From Octopus bimaculoides (Eukaryota), in the NCBI RefSeq assembly GCF_001194135.2, contig NC_068985.1, forward strand, positions 93,058,102 through 93,122,101: a stretch of DNA of 64,000 bases, read 5' to 3'. The notes beneath the pieces were generated by a model. It did no database searches, was not told the origin of the DNA, and saw only the letters and a program-made list of their open reading frames with translations. Made by a program: the position numbers and the translations under genes. Positions 13,217 through 26,500 of this stretch are shown one piece after another (positions within the stretch are counted from its first letter, which is position 1; each line of letters opens with the position of its first letter).

Positions 13217-15650
13217 CACACACACACACACACAGACACACAGTTGACCAAAAGTCACCCAACAGTAAATTAAAATTTCGTAAATACTTAGTATTCAATT
13301 TTTTTATTCATTTGGAGAAATAGTGTCGCTCAAGAAGGATTTCAGTTTGAACAAGTTTCATAATGTTTCATATTTAGATGCTTTTATTAAATTCATTCAG
13401 TTTTTAAACATAAATAAATCTTGGGATTAAATGGTTTTGATTTACTATCAGGTAACGTTTGGTCATCCCTGTATATAAATATATATAAGGATAAACATAT
13501 TAAAAGGGGTCCATGGGCGAACTCATTTAAATAAAAGGGTTGGGAATGACTGTTGGGAACCACTGCTGTAGATTTTCAATGTTGTATGCATTCGAAAGAC
13601 ATCAGCAATTTCTTTGTTGGTTCCTTATAAACATTGAAATGGTATTCTTGTTAGATTCATGGATCTGGCGTGAGACACACAGTGAGGATAAAACACTATG
13701 GGGTCTCAAAGTGCCTTCACATTATTGTAAACACACATGGTGTAAAGCAAGAAGGTGTTCTCCAATAATGAAGAGCAACAACGATCAGATTGTCTTATCC
13801 CAGTCTGCCAGAAAATATCAAGAATGAATATGTATGTTATTGAACTCTGAAATGTTGTTCTTTGAATGCTAAGTATTAGTCAAATTGATCAGTTTTAAAT
13901 TCAAGCTCTGTCACTTATACCTGTGTTGTTATTTTTATTTCTTTTTTTTTTTTAGATTTAAACCCACCTGAGGAGCATGATGCAGCACCGCCTCAAGATT
14001 CCGATGATATGCCACTCATAATAATTCTTGTTGTTTGCATCGTTGGCATCTTCCTTTTAGCACTTAACATTGGTCTCATCATGTTCTTTATCCGCAGGAA
14101 AAGGAAACGCCTAGAAAGTAAGTTACTCTTCCTCCCCTTCCTCCTCTCAATTGCCATTCTGTGACTGTTAGCTTATTTTTCTGGAACAGATGTTAGGTTT
14201 CTCATGTTTATAAAATTATGGAATTAGAAGATATGATCTATCTAGTTTATTAATGTTTTCTTCACAATAACATACTTCAATTCAATGACAACGAGTGATT
14301 CTCACACAGTCATTGGGAATATTTAATGAGGTTGCAAAATATCTCTATTTCTCTTTTTTACTTTAGCTGTGAAATTACTATTTCATAATTTATTACCTTT
14401 ATACTATGCAGTGAAAGTGTTTAAACACAAAGTTGCTGTCATTTATTCTGTCTTGTTTTCTTCCTTCTGTCTTAAAAATGTTGAACTATGTCAGCTTTTA
14501 GACATTTGAATCTAATGTTATCTAATTATTGAATAGTTAAAATATCTTGCTTTGATTGCTTAGGTAACTTGAAATTTAATCACTGTTTAAACCAAATCAT
14601 CAATTTTAATTCACTGATTCCTGTTTCTGTCGCTTTGCTATTTGTAAAATCTTAAAGTAGATGTTTAGAAAAGACAATTGCAGAAATGACTAAAAGCTCG
14701 TTATTTTGGTATAGATTACCAAATGTTGTAAGAATAGTGACTGTAATTACTATACTGCGTCAGACCACGTGGTTATGATTTCAAATTTTACTTAAAGCAC
14801 TATTATGCTCCTGGGTAAAGCACATAATTCTGTTTCAAGTTTTTGACTGATAAAAGCTTGCATTTCTACTTCACAAATTAAATGGTTAACAGTGGAAATG
14901 GCTTCCAGCTATTGAAACAATTACTCCAATTCTGTGCAAATACACCAATTAATTTTTAAAAAAGCATCTCTAACTAATGTTAGCATGATAAGAGTAAAGA
15001 TGAGACAGTCATGAATCAGTTAATCTAAATTACATTTCAAATAAGATTGTATTCTGAAAATATATTTGTAAAGATTTGTGAATTGATGCATGAAGCAGTG
15101 ATTGAGAGTGATCAAAGTTGTTAACTAGTTCAAGTATGTTTAAGAGATATTTAAAGGTTTTTCACTTTAAAGTTTGTCACGGAGAGAGTGGTGGGAGCCA
15201 GAATTTGTTTTTTTACCCTGTGACAAACTTCTGCAAAATGATTTTATAAGTTCAAATATCTCTCAGACATATTTTAACTGGTACCGAGTTTATGTATAAA
15301 TGTATTTTGAATATTGGTTTTAAGTGATAATCTTTAAGTTTTCCATCTACTTGTCTTATTGTATAATTAGGAGTGCCTTAGTTCACGTATTTATGCCGAA
15401 GAATTTCAATAAATGCTAAACTCTAGTTGACCACACCGAAATTTTAATCTTTGTTTAAAAGCTGTCTTACTAAATCTAAGCCAAAGCAAACAAATTATTT
15501 CTCTCTGTCCTCCCATAGCTTTCCACTCTCTGCTTTCAAACCTGCATTACTATGCAAATCACCTGAACTCTCTTGGCTATTAACTGATATTTTACAAACT
15601 TAACACAATTGTAGTTTATCTTGTTCTCTCTTAGTATTCATGTGATCAAT

Positions 15651-15693
<43 letters not shown>

Positions 15694-16630
15694 TCTTTCA
15701 TTGTTATTCCCTTGAATATTTTCTTACTTAACTGTCATCTCTTAATATCTTAAATATAGAATAAATCAAGCAACAATGAATTCTCCTTGGATATTTACAA
15801 TATAGGCTATTCCCGTTTTGTCCTTTATAATATTGGAAAGTGCGCACATATACTCACATCCACACGAATTAAAATAATTGTTTATATTGTGAGAAATAAA
15901 GCTTTATGACTATTAAAATAAAGGTTAATATTGGACAATGTTAGAGTTTATTGAAAATTAAATCTTTTGATTTTTCACAAAGATCTTTTACATTTTTAGA
16001 TCTATCACTCTTTGCCTATCGGTACCGAAGCAATAAGCTAACTCCCCAATGAGCAGTTAGTTTAATCTTTCACTATAAAATCATAATAGTTTAGTCAGGA
16101 AAAATAACAATCAGCAAAATGCCATAAAATGTTTAAAATCTATATAAATCTGATTTTCTGATTGAAACAACAAGCCCATGCTCATTTAGATACATAGCTA
16201 GGTAGCATGGCAAATAACACATGAGAATTAGCTTGGAAAATTACCATTTTGGAATATTTAATTTTTATTATTTATTCTTTATCATATTGTATTGAAACCG
16301 TTAACACCAAATTGGCTTAATATTACCTAAAATTCTTTTTACTGCATAAATTGATAATTTAAATTTTTGAATGAAGATATATAAAACATTTTTTTTTTTT
16401 TGGTATTTGTTTCTGAGTCTTTCTTATGTGTGAGATTTCTTTTTTCTTTCTTCCTTTTTTTTTGTTGCTTTTTTTCTGATTTTATTTCTTATAAACAGTA
16501 AAATAAAATGAGCATCAAATGTTATTTTCAGTTGCAGATCAGTGGTTCTTATACATTATATTCTTCTTAGTTTATTTTTTCCTGTTTTCTTGTACTCTCA
16601 TATGTATTACATATATAACAAAGCACAAGT

Positions 16631-16670
<40 letters not shown>

Positions 16671-19600
16671 TTACATATCATCATTGTTTCATGTTAGCTT
16701 TCCATGCTGGCATGGGTGAAAGGACCACTTATCATTTATACATTTCACTTTTAAATTCTGTTTCTATGGCTGAATGTCCTTCCTCACAGCTGCCATTTTA
16801 CAGAATGTTCTAGATACGTCCTCGACCACTCTAAAAGGCTGAAGCCTTCACACTTCAAAGAGTGCAGTGGATGCAGATTTTCCTGGCATCAACATGAGAG
16901 AGGTAACCTTTCACCCCTGCAAGACTAAAGGTTCCTCTCAGCCCTGTGTTTCTGTTTGCTTATCAACACCTTTACAGAATATTCTGGGTGAATTTAGTGT
17001 CACAAACAGTAGTGGATTTGTCCCATACTCCAAAGGTTGAAGGGTCTTGCCTCTATCCTAATGTGTTTGTTTATTGAGTGTAACCTGGCTGATGAGGGAA
17101 CAAAAGATTGCAAGGTGAAACAGAGTGAAAGGGTCAAGAAAGTTGTAAAAGGGGTTGAAGTGATATCAAATAATGTAAGTGGACAAGTTGTAGTAGTGAA
17201 TGATGGGATACTATATATCAGCTTGTCTGAGAAAGGGAGAGGATATAGAAGAGGTAAGTGTTAAAATGCTTCAGGATGGGTGAGTGAGTTAGGATGATTA
17301 GAATAAGAAGGGGATGTAGTATTGGAGTGATGAGAGGTCCAGGTAGATCCAAAGGTCTCCATAGTTAGATGAGAGGAACATGCTACGATGTGGAGGAGAG
17401 ACTCACTGCTTTCTTTAGACAGCCAAGTTCTGTGAGAATGGTAAAGAGAGGCGTGGCAGAGACAGGAGCAATATGGGAGTGAATGGAAGATGAGTCGACA
17501 CTAAATGATGCAGAAGATATTGTAGAAGGTTGAGCGATAGATGAGTACTCAGTATTCTGAGATGTATACATTGAAGGCAACTTGACCAATAGGACAGAAG
17601 GAAGAGCAATGATGTGGAATGGTTGAGGTGTATGGTAGCAGACAGTGGACAGGTGGATGTCTGACAGTACAGGAAGTGTGGATGAAGGTGAATATACTGG
17701 GAATAGTCTTATAGAGACTATACTTCTCTTAAGAGAACCTGGAAAGAAAGTGGGTGGATCTTATGTCAACAAATGGTACAATGGCGGAGAGATGAATGAT
17801 AAAGATAAGGGTGGAGGGAAAGTAAGTGGGTGTCAATGTGCAGGGGAGACAGCTATAGTAGATATTACAGCGTGTATGCACGCATGCAATCTATATGACT
17901 TCCACCATTTTGTGACTTTAGATTTACCATGCCTGTACAGTTGGTGGGGTTATTTTTTCTGTGATCTGGTATTTGCCAACCTTACAAATTACCAATCAAC
18001 ACACCATCATCTCCTGCATGGGGTGCAGCATCTTGAGATCAGTTTTGACCACTTTTTTTCTACGTCTTTCTTGGTCTCCTTTTTCTACTGGTTCCATTCA
18101 CTTTTAGTGTGCAGCATGTCTTTATACAGCCATCATCTCCCATACATATCACACACCTATATCAATACAGTCTTCTCTCTTAGCACACTAATTTGATTCC
18201 ACTTACGTTCAGTTTTTCTATCAACTCATTAATCCTCTGTCATTCATGCATGCTAACATTACACATCCATCAAAACATGTTTGCTTCATTTCTTTCTAGT
18301 CTCAGTAAATCCTCTGTATTCAAGACTCATGTCTCACTCCCATGCGGCATTGCTCTTTGTACACATCATACAATTCACTCTTCACCCTAAAGAAAAATAA
18401 TCTTTTTGTTCCCAGCTCTGGCCACCATGCTCTCACAATACTCACTCCCAATGCTAATTAGTTCACCTTGGTGACAGATGCTATAAACAACTACCTAGAG
18501 ACCTTTCAATATTATCTATTTTGCATTTGCTCTTAGTGTATACTGTCATTGTACATCTCTCACATGCAGTCTACCTTCTCTGTCAGCCTCACTCTGATCC
18601 CTGTGCGCCTCTTGTATGTCCATAGTTTGTCAGATAGAATTCTCATTTACTTTGTTTGAACACAATGATCATGGCCATTTCCCTGGTGTCAGCAGAGCTC
18701 AATCTTCTCTCATGCTTGTTAAGTTAACTATAAGATCTGTCCTACGTTTTGCTTCTGTATCTAGAATTTCTTTTCTACATCCTCTGCTGATTCCATTATA
18801 AGAACTCGGTCATCAGCATAAAGGAGCTGCCATAGAGAGCTATTCTCAAAATCTCCAAAGACTCTATGATTTATTTATTTATCTGTGTACACTGCATCTT
18901 CATCACTATTATAACATCTACTTTCCTATGGTTGCTTGGGTTGGACGAAATTTGTTGGGGCAAATTTTCAACAGCTGGATGCTCTTTCTGTAGCCAACCC
19001 TCACCTGTTTCCAAGCCAGGTAATATCTCTGTGTGGCCAGACAAGTACTCATTCAAGATTGGCAACAAAGGACACCACCTGCATGTCAGTAACATTCATT
19101 TACAACCGTCATATTGTGTCGAGACAAGGAGACAGTAACACGCTTAGTCTGCAACTGATCTGAGGTTTCTGAGAAGAGCATGATGTCTACTGTGATTCCG
19201 AGGCTTATTAGCAACTCACCATTAACGTTGATGCTACCTTTTCAATCAGTGTCTCTGGTGATCGGTTTGAGACATGCAGTGAAGAGCTTTGAAGAGAATC
19301 CTTCCTGACTCTTACAATAGAGCTTATCATATGCAAACAAAATACATGGAGAGTCTGAAAGAGTAGCACAAGGCCACAAAGTAGTAGGAAGTGATGAAAT
19401 TGAAGTGAAAGAATACATCTTCTTGAAACAGTTAGTGTATGTTGAGTCATGAATGCTGAAATCTCTCACAGAGTAAGAGGCAGGTGGAAGGTATTTGCTT
19501 CAATAAAAGATGTGCTCAAAGCACAGCTAAACAAGATACTGCTTGCCAATCTCTTTAATAGCAATGTCCTGCCTGCTCTCCTATATGTAAGTGAAACATG

Positions 19601-22600
19601 CACTTAAAGATAGAAGAACAATGATGAGTTCTGATACAGAGGGTCATGGAAATATTCATAGTAGAACTATTCTCCAGCTGTAGAAACTCTGCCAAATCAG
19701 ATTGGAGCCTGGTGTAGCCATCTGGTTCACCAGTCCTCAGTCAAATCGTCCAACCCATTGGACTAGGTAGTGCTCGTGACTCTTTATAAGGCCTCCATGA
19801 CAGGTAAGAGAGAGGGGGGAGGGTATTCTCAAACCAGAAACTTGTTTTGAATGCATCCAAATAGACACCACTAAAGGTACTTGAGATACTAAAGGGTCGT
19901 GTTAAAACGGGGTAATGGGTTAAGCCTAGTGTCCAAGTAGGTCCTGGCAACATTGGAGCTTAGAATGTGAACAGTTGGAACAGGTACTGCAAAACAACTG
20001 GTCCAGTATTCTCTCAATTTTACCAATCCATCATCTTAGATTGCTACTTTTTATTGACTCTGCAAAGATGAAATCAGTGGGATTTGAGCCTCAGAAGAGA
20101 TGGAATGAAATACCATGAAGCATTGTGTCTGATGTTCTAACAACTCTGCCAATATTTCTCTGTGTGTTTCTGTCTCTAAATATGTATTCCCAACCTATTC
20201 CCTCTATCATAAGAGGAGTATCTTGCGGTGTGCTTGTTCCCTAGGGAATGCATTTAAAAAAGTAAATTTCTGAAAATTTTACCTGTATTTTAATATTTAT
20301 ATTTTTTCCGCTTCTTGGTGCAAGCAGTTGTGGTAATGGTGGTTGTAATAGTAGTAGTAGTAGAAAAAGAGGAAATTTTGAGCAAAATGTTTAGCATCTC
20401 ATGTTCCTGAAATAGAAACCTATTGTCAGTTCTCTTGTTGTTTCATCTTTGTGAGGACTGATAAAATAATTTGCTATTATAACCGACTAAGTTTGGTCAA
20501 TTATGCAAGAGAGGTGAGAAAAAAATAGTGAGATGTTGATAACTTCAAGTCATATTAACATTTTTTCTTTCGAATAGCAGCCTTCTGGAATCTGTTTTGA
20601 TGTATCTCTATGATGGGTTGATCAAAGACTAGGAAAAAAAAACCTCATGGAACTAAAGCCTTATGCATTTCCACACACACAAACACATGCAGTTAATAAC
20701 AGTCTTCTGAATACCTTATTGATCATTTCAGCAGTATAATTAAGGTTGACCATTCAGTCTAGTTTCTCTTTCATTTCTTTGGTGAATGAAAAATTAATAT
20801 TTAGTACATTTACTCAAACGCTCAGAGACAGGGAAAATGTAATGTGTGTACGTGTGTCATTTTTATATGACATGTAAATCACCTTTTCTCTGTGTAATCC
20901 TCTACAGTCGGAAAACAAACAATTTAGTTAAACATTTGATGCAGTGTATGTGTTGATGAATGTTCATTTCATTTAGATTGCAATCTTAATCAACTGACAG
21001 CCTAAGGCTCTGGTTTTACATTACTACATTCAAGTATGTTTACTGAATTAAAATCCTCTGTGCATAGATCTCATCAAGATCAAAACTCTCAGAGCTGCCT
21101 GCGAAATTGAACCTTTTGTCAGATATAAGCTCATTATACAAGATAGAAGTTACAAATTGAAAAAAAAAAAAAAACATTGGTTCTTTAAGAAAAAAAGGAA
21201 ATAAATTCATTCTAAAGGAAATTGAAATAAGATTTAACTAAGATAAATGGTCCCTATATTGTGAGAAGCTTACTTCCCAACTGTGTGGTTCTAGGTTCAG
21301 TCCCACTGCATGGCTTTTTGGGTAAGTGTCTCTACTATAAACTCAGGGCAACCAAAGTCTTGGGAGTGGATTTGGTAGACAGAAACTGAAAGAAGCTAAT
21401 CATGTGTGCGTGTGTCTGCTTGCCCTCCACCACTGTTTGACAACCACTGTTGGTACATTTATGTCCCCACTTAACAGTTCAGTAAAAGACACTGATAGAA
21501 TAAGTACCAGTCATAAAAAGGGGAAAAATTCCTGGGTCTATTCATTTGAGTAAAATTCTTCAAAGTAGTGTTCCAGTGTGGTGACAGTCGAATGAGAGAA
21601 CCCAATAAAAGCTAAAAGTATATACATCATTTTCATCATTAAATGCAGCTGTTGTTGCCCAACATCTCAAGTCAGCCCTGACTAAACAGACCTATGGTCA
21701 AAGGCAATTCAGCTGTGACCATTCTGTCCTTTTGTACGATTAGAACCACAGTGACCAGTGTATCCTTGTTTATTTAAGGCAGTAGAGTGTAATTTAAAGA
21801 ACATTCAACTGCTATTTCTTTTAAGTCAATCGACCATGTAGAGGCTTCCTCAATTACTGCTAAAAGCAGTTTTATATTCTGCTATTCTTTCTATTGCTTC
21901 TAGAGTTAGTTCAAGTAAAGCAGTATTCAAATTAGACACAAGGTTTGAAACCTGATACTCTTTCGCTAAACAACAGTCTTTGTTCAGCTTCAGTAACATG
22001 CATGTCTGATCAAGTCTCTTTGATTAGAAGGAATCCTTTTATTTGTAATACTTTATTTATTCTAGAAAGGCCTAGCAATGTATTTGCTCTGCACATTGTC
22101 CTATATTCTGAAAAGTAAGCAGCTTAGCCAAGCAGTATAATGTATTTTTCTCAAAGATACATTATTTCAGTTGTAATTCTGTTGACATTATTTTATTATT
22201 ATTATTATTATTTAAAAAGAGAAGGAGGCTGGCTCAATCAGTGGTGCTTTGTCTCCTTTGAACTCTGCCATGGTCACTTTTGCTTTTCGGTTAGTTGTTT
22301 ATCCCAAGGTGAGTCCTTGTCAAGCAGATTTAAGATCAGAGGTGTCTCTTTGTACACCTTTAAATGCATAGTCCTTCCTTTGACTTGAAGATTTGGTTAC
22401 TATTTCTAGCAGGCTGAGTGACCATATTGAGACTCCCTCCCTGCTGAGAAGGAGCCTTCTTTGTTAAATTCTGTATCTGCTCTAATCAATAATCTTTTTC
22501 ACCAAAAGTGTTGTCCTTATTCTAATTTAGAAATTAGGTAACAGATGCAATAACTAAGATAACACCACGAGCAATAAATCCTTGTTCTAGTTAAAATCAC

Positions 22601-23554
22601 CAGCTAGTACTGATAATCGTTCACTAATAATCAAGCACCAATAATTCAAAAATACCTATAAAATTTTAAAAATTATTCTTGTTGCTATTTGCGTTTTAAA
22701 ACAATTTGAATGAATTGCTATCAACAGATTCATATTCTGTTCAGAAATAGTTTGCTTGAATGCCATACCCATGAACTAAGGGCTATCTGTTGATTCTACG
22801 ATGTATGTTAACATCATTAACCTATTCCAGTGTTCCAGACACAGTGAATACAGATGTGAAAATCTTAACTTAGTTCTTTGGATAATGATCTTATTAAAGA
22901 AGCCGTATTTTTTAGCCATAATTCAGCTAGTTCTGCTTGTAGAGTATACCTCAGCAGCCTTCACTTAATATAATTATTATCCAATTTACCTATGGTTTAC
23001 AAATCTCTTAGTCTGTTTTTCTCTATTACACTCTATTCACTGCTCTCTATACCCAGTCAGAGCAATAATCTCATCAGTTGTAAACAATCTGCCTCTTTGT
23101 GCTGTAAACAAACTATGATGAAAGTGTTTGGCTGTAGTAAGCTTCATGGTTGGAAAACTGGAGAGAAAAAAATCCTCGCAATGATGTTGTCTGTAAGCAG
23201 ACATTTGTAAACAGCCTAATTCTCCACTGACAACTTATCTTCATTTAGATTAACTGATCTAGTTTTAGTTTCATCTGATTTTAACCCAGGGATTTTGTTA
23301 TACAGTGTGAGTGGATTAAACACTGATGGTTAGAATAGATAATATAATCCTTGACAATTAACCTGGAAAAAAGAAAAATTGGATCTCCGACGTTGGAGTG
23401 GCTGTGTGGTAAGTAGCTTGCTTAGCAACCACATGGTCTCGGGTTCAGTCCCACTGCGTGGCACCTTGGGCAAGTGTCTTCTACTATACCCTCGGGCCGA
23501 TCAATGCCTTGTGAGTGGATTTGGTAGATGGAAACTGAAAGAAGCCCGTTGTAT

Positions 23555-23591
<37 letters not shown>

Positions 23592-26500
23592 NNNNNNNNN
23601 NNNNNNNNNNNNNNNNNNNNNNNNNNNNNNNNNNNNNNNNNNNNNNNNNNNNNNNNNNNNNNNNNNNNNNNNNNNNNNNNNNNNNNNNNNNNNNNNNNNN
23701 NNNNNNNNNNNNNNNNNNNNNNNNNNNNNNNNNNNNNNNNNNNNNNNNNNNNNNNNNNNNNNNNNNNNNNNNNNNNNNNNNNNNNNNNNNNNNNNNNNNN
23801 NNNNNNNNNNNNNNNNNNNNNNNNNNNNNNNNNNNNNNNNNNNNNNNNNNNNNNNNNNNNNNNNNNNNNNNNNNNNNNNNNNNNNNNNNNNNNNNNNNNN
23901 NNNNNNNNNNNNNNNNNNNNNNNNNNNNNNNNNNNNNNNNNNNNNNNNNNNNNNNNNNNNNNNNNNNNNNNNNNNNNNNNNNNNNNNNNNNNNNNNTACT
24001 CTAACAAAATCTACTACTCTTGGCTCACCATTTTTATATTTTCCCTTAATTTTATACCCATCTTGTCTCATTTCCTTCCATTGTATCAAACCCTACCCAA
24101 AACTCTATGATTAATACTTTTCTCAATCTATTTTTTATTTTCTCGGAAGTGTTCTGATATTTCCTTTAAGTAGAATGCATTCACCATTAGAATGAGCTAA
24201 AACAGCCTTGAATTTCTTATTTCTTTATTGCCCACAAGGGGCTAAACATAGAGTGGACAAACAAAGACAGATAAAGGGATTAAGTCGATTATATTGACCC
24301 CAGTATGTAACTGGTACTTAATTTATCGACCCCGAAAGGATGAAAGCAAAGTTGACCTCGGTGGAATTTGAAAACAGGACGTAACGGCAGACAAAATACC
24401 GCTAAGCATTTCGCCTGGCGTGCTAACGTTTCTGCCAGCTCACCACCTTGAGTTTCTTTCTCTCTTCGAGATAGACTTGGAATTTTACTCTATCATGAGC
24501 CCTAGGACTTATGGCTGGAACTTAACTTTGTTTCCATGGTGTAAAAGTGACTCAGGTTATATCCACCTAGCCCCTGAATCAAACGCTGTTTATCACACAG
24601 TTAACCACTCAGCTATTGCTGCCACTCCTTTACCAGTGGCTGGAATGGAGCAATGTGAGATGAAGTGTTTTTTGGCACAAGACCACAATAAACTGTCTGG
24701 TCTGGGAATTGAAACCAAGATCTTTATGATTGTGAATTCAGCAGCCTAACCACTAAGCCACATGCTCTTACTTTCAAGATAAAAACTAAAAGAAAACAAA
24801 ACAATTAACAAATTTACTGATAGCCTTAAGAATCTGTTTATAAATAAAGAAAATGATGGGTTAACATTTATGTCACAGTTGTAACTCGGTCATCAAATTG
24901 AAAGATGGTGTTATTTATCAATTGTGTCACTTGCATGGTTTTCGGTTCAGAATATATATTATATTCTGATTCAATGAAGTAAGAATATCATTGACATCCA
25001 AACTAGCCATTGTTTCTGAAAATATCAAATTATATTTCCTTTTGTCATTTCTTTAAAAGCCTTTGATTTTGAGTTTTGTTTTTTGTTTGTTGTTCGTTTT
25101 ATTTTGTTTTGCTTATTTGTATGACAGTAAAGTACTGGTGTTGAATAGCCAAAACTGAGAAACACAAGAATTCACCTCTGTCCATGGTACACAAACCTAA
25201 TCAATTTTACATCAACTGATATTTGCTCGTGCAGACCACTCAGACTTTGGACTTAGCTTATTCCTTTCTTTGCAAAGAACAGAGTTGTTTCTGTCTTATT
25301 TCACAGTTCTTTCTTTGCTCTTTCTTTAGTTTTATCATATTAGATATAGAAATCAAGTATATATATGTACAGAATGACAGATGCAAAGAATTCTTTCTTA
25401 ATTGAAATTTTCCTCTTAGTTGGAGAAAGAAAATGTAACCCCTGTGCCATTCACGAGTGAATGGCAAAAAAAAAAAAAGGTTAGTTTCAATAGATTAAGA
25501 ATTAATTTTAAAAACTTAAGAAAATATCTAAATCTTCTAAGTGGAGATGGTGACAGCAGCAGACATGTTCCAGCTTATTGAAGCTCACCAGTGTAGGTTA
25601 GATAACAATTCAGTTGATAAATAAACATAGGTTTTTATACTTTTAGAAAAAAGCGCTACAAATAATTTTTGCCTGCAGTAATTTGCAGGAGCGAATAAAC
25701 AAAATTTAGGTAATGAAAATAACTTAAATAAACCAGAAGTAGGGAGTGAATTGAATCAAATATGTATGGATCTACTCTGATAGTTCTTAATGAATTGAAA
25801 TTTCTTTCATAGCTGGAGAAAGGAAATGGAACCTTGTGGCAATAATTAGTGATTTGCAAAGAAAACTTTGAGGAAATTTCAATAAATTAAGAAAAAAGTT
25901 GATTTCTCATCTATGCTTCCCTAAAAAGGTCCAATAAGACCAAAATATGCCCAGTGTTGACACCATCTTTACTAACAAGGGCATGATTTTTCCTTAACCC
26001 CTTTGGCATTTAATCCAGCCATATCCATCCCAAATATTCTACCTGTTTTATGCTCAAACTGACAAGATCCAATACCCCACAATGTCATTCTAAAAATATA
26101 CAAACACACCATTAAAGTTTTGAAGCTACAAGATAATGTGTAATTAATTCAAAATATTGTGGATAAATAAGCAATACATTTGACAAAGAAACCTGAATGC
26201 TACAGGTTACAAGAACTCGAGTTTTTCAATTGCTTTTTAATTTATTAAAATAATGTTCTTATTTCTTTTTGTGCCACTAGCAAATGAATCCCATGTGTTT
26301 TTCGTTCTCTAACTAAAAGGAAAATTTTCAGTACATTTAGACATCATTAATTTACCTCAGTCTTGTACCATTGGCTCAAACCAGTAATTTCCATTATGTT
26401 AATTGTATACTTTGTTATGCTAATTGCTACCATGAAAATTTATTCATAACCATTTCTCTATATGAGGTGTTTAATAACAGAGTTGTAATGCCACTCTGGC

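Noticed and set aside
13540-13827. 95-aa ORF with an internal AG acceptor just before the TM exon
   Set aside because: No FN3 or Ig features, ends in a stop without a good donor, and starts in a MITE end.
17645-18196. 183-aa + strand ORF
   Set aside because: Chance antisense frame over a decayed minus-strand RTE and the adjacent block. No domain signature or splice context.
23379-24110. Long ORFs (243, 201, 168, 158 aa) in the ORF track
   Set aside because: Artefacts of translating the N gap plus SINE and (AT)n sequence.
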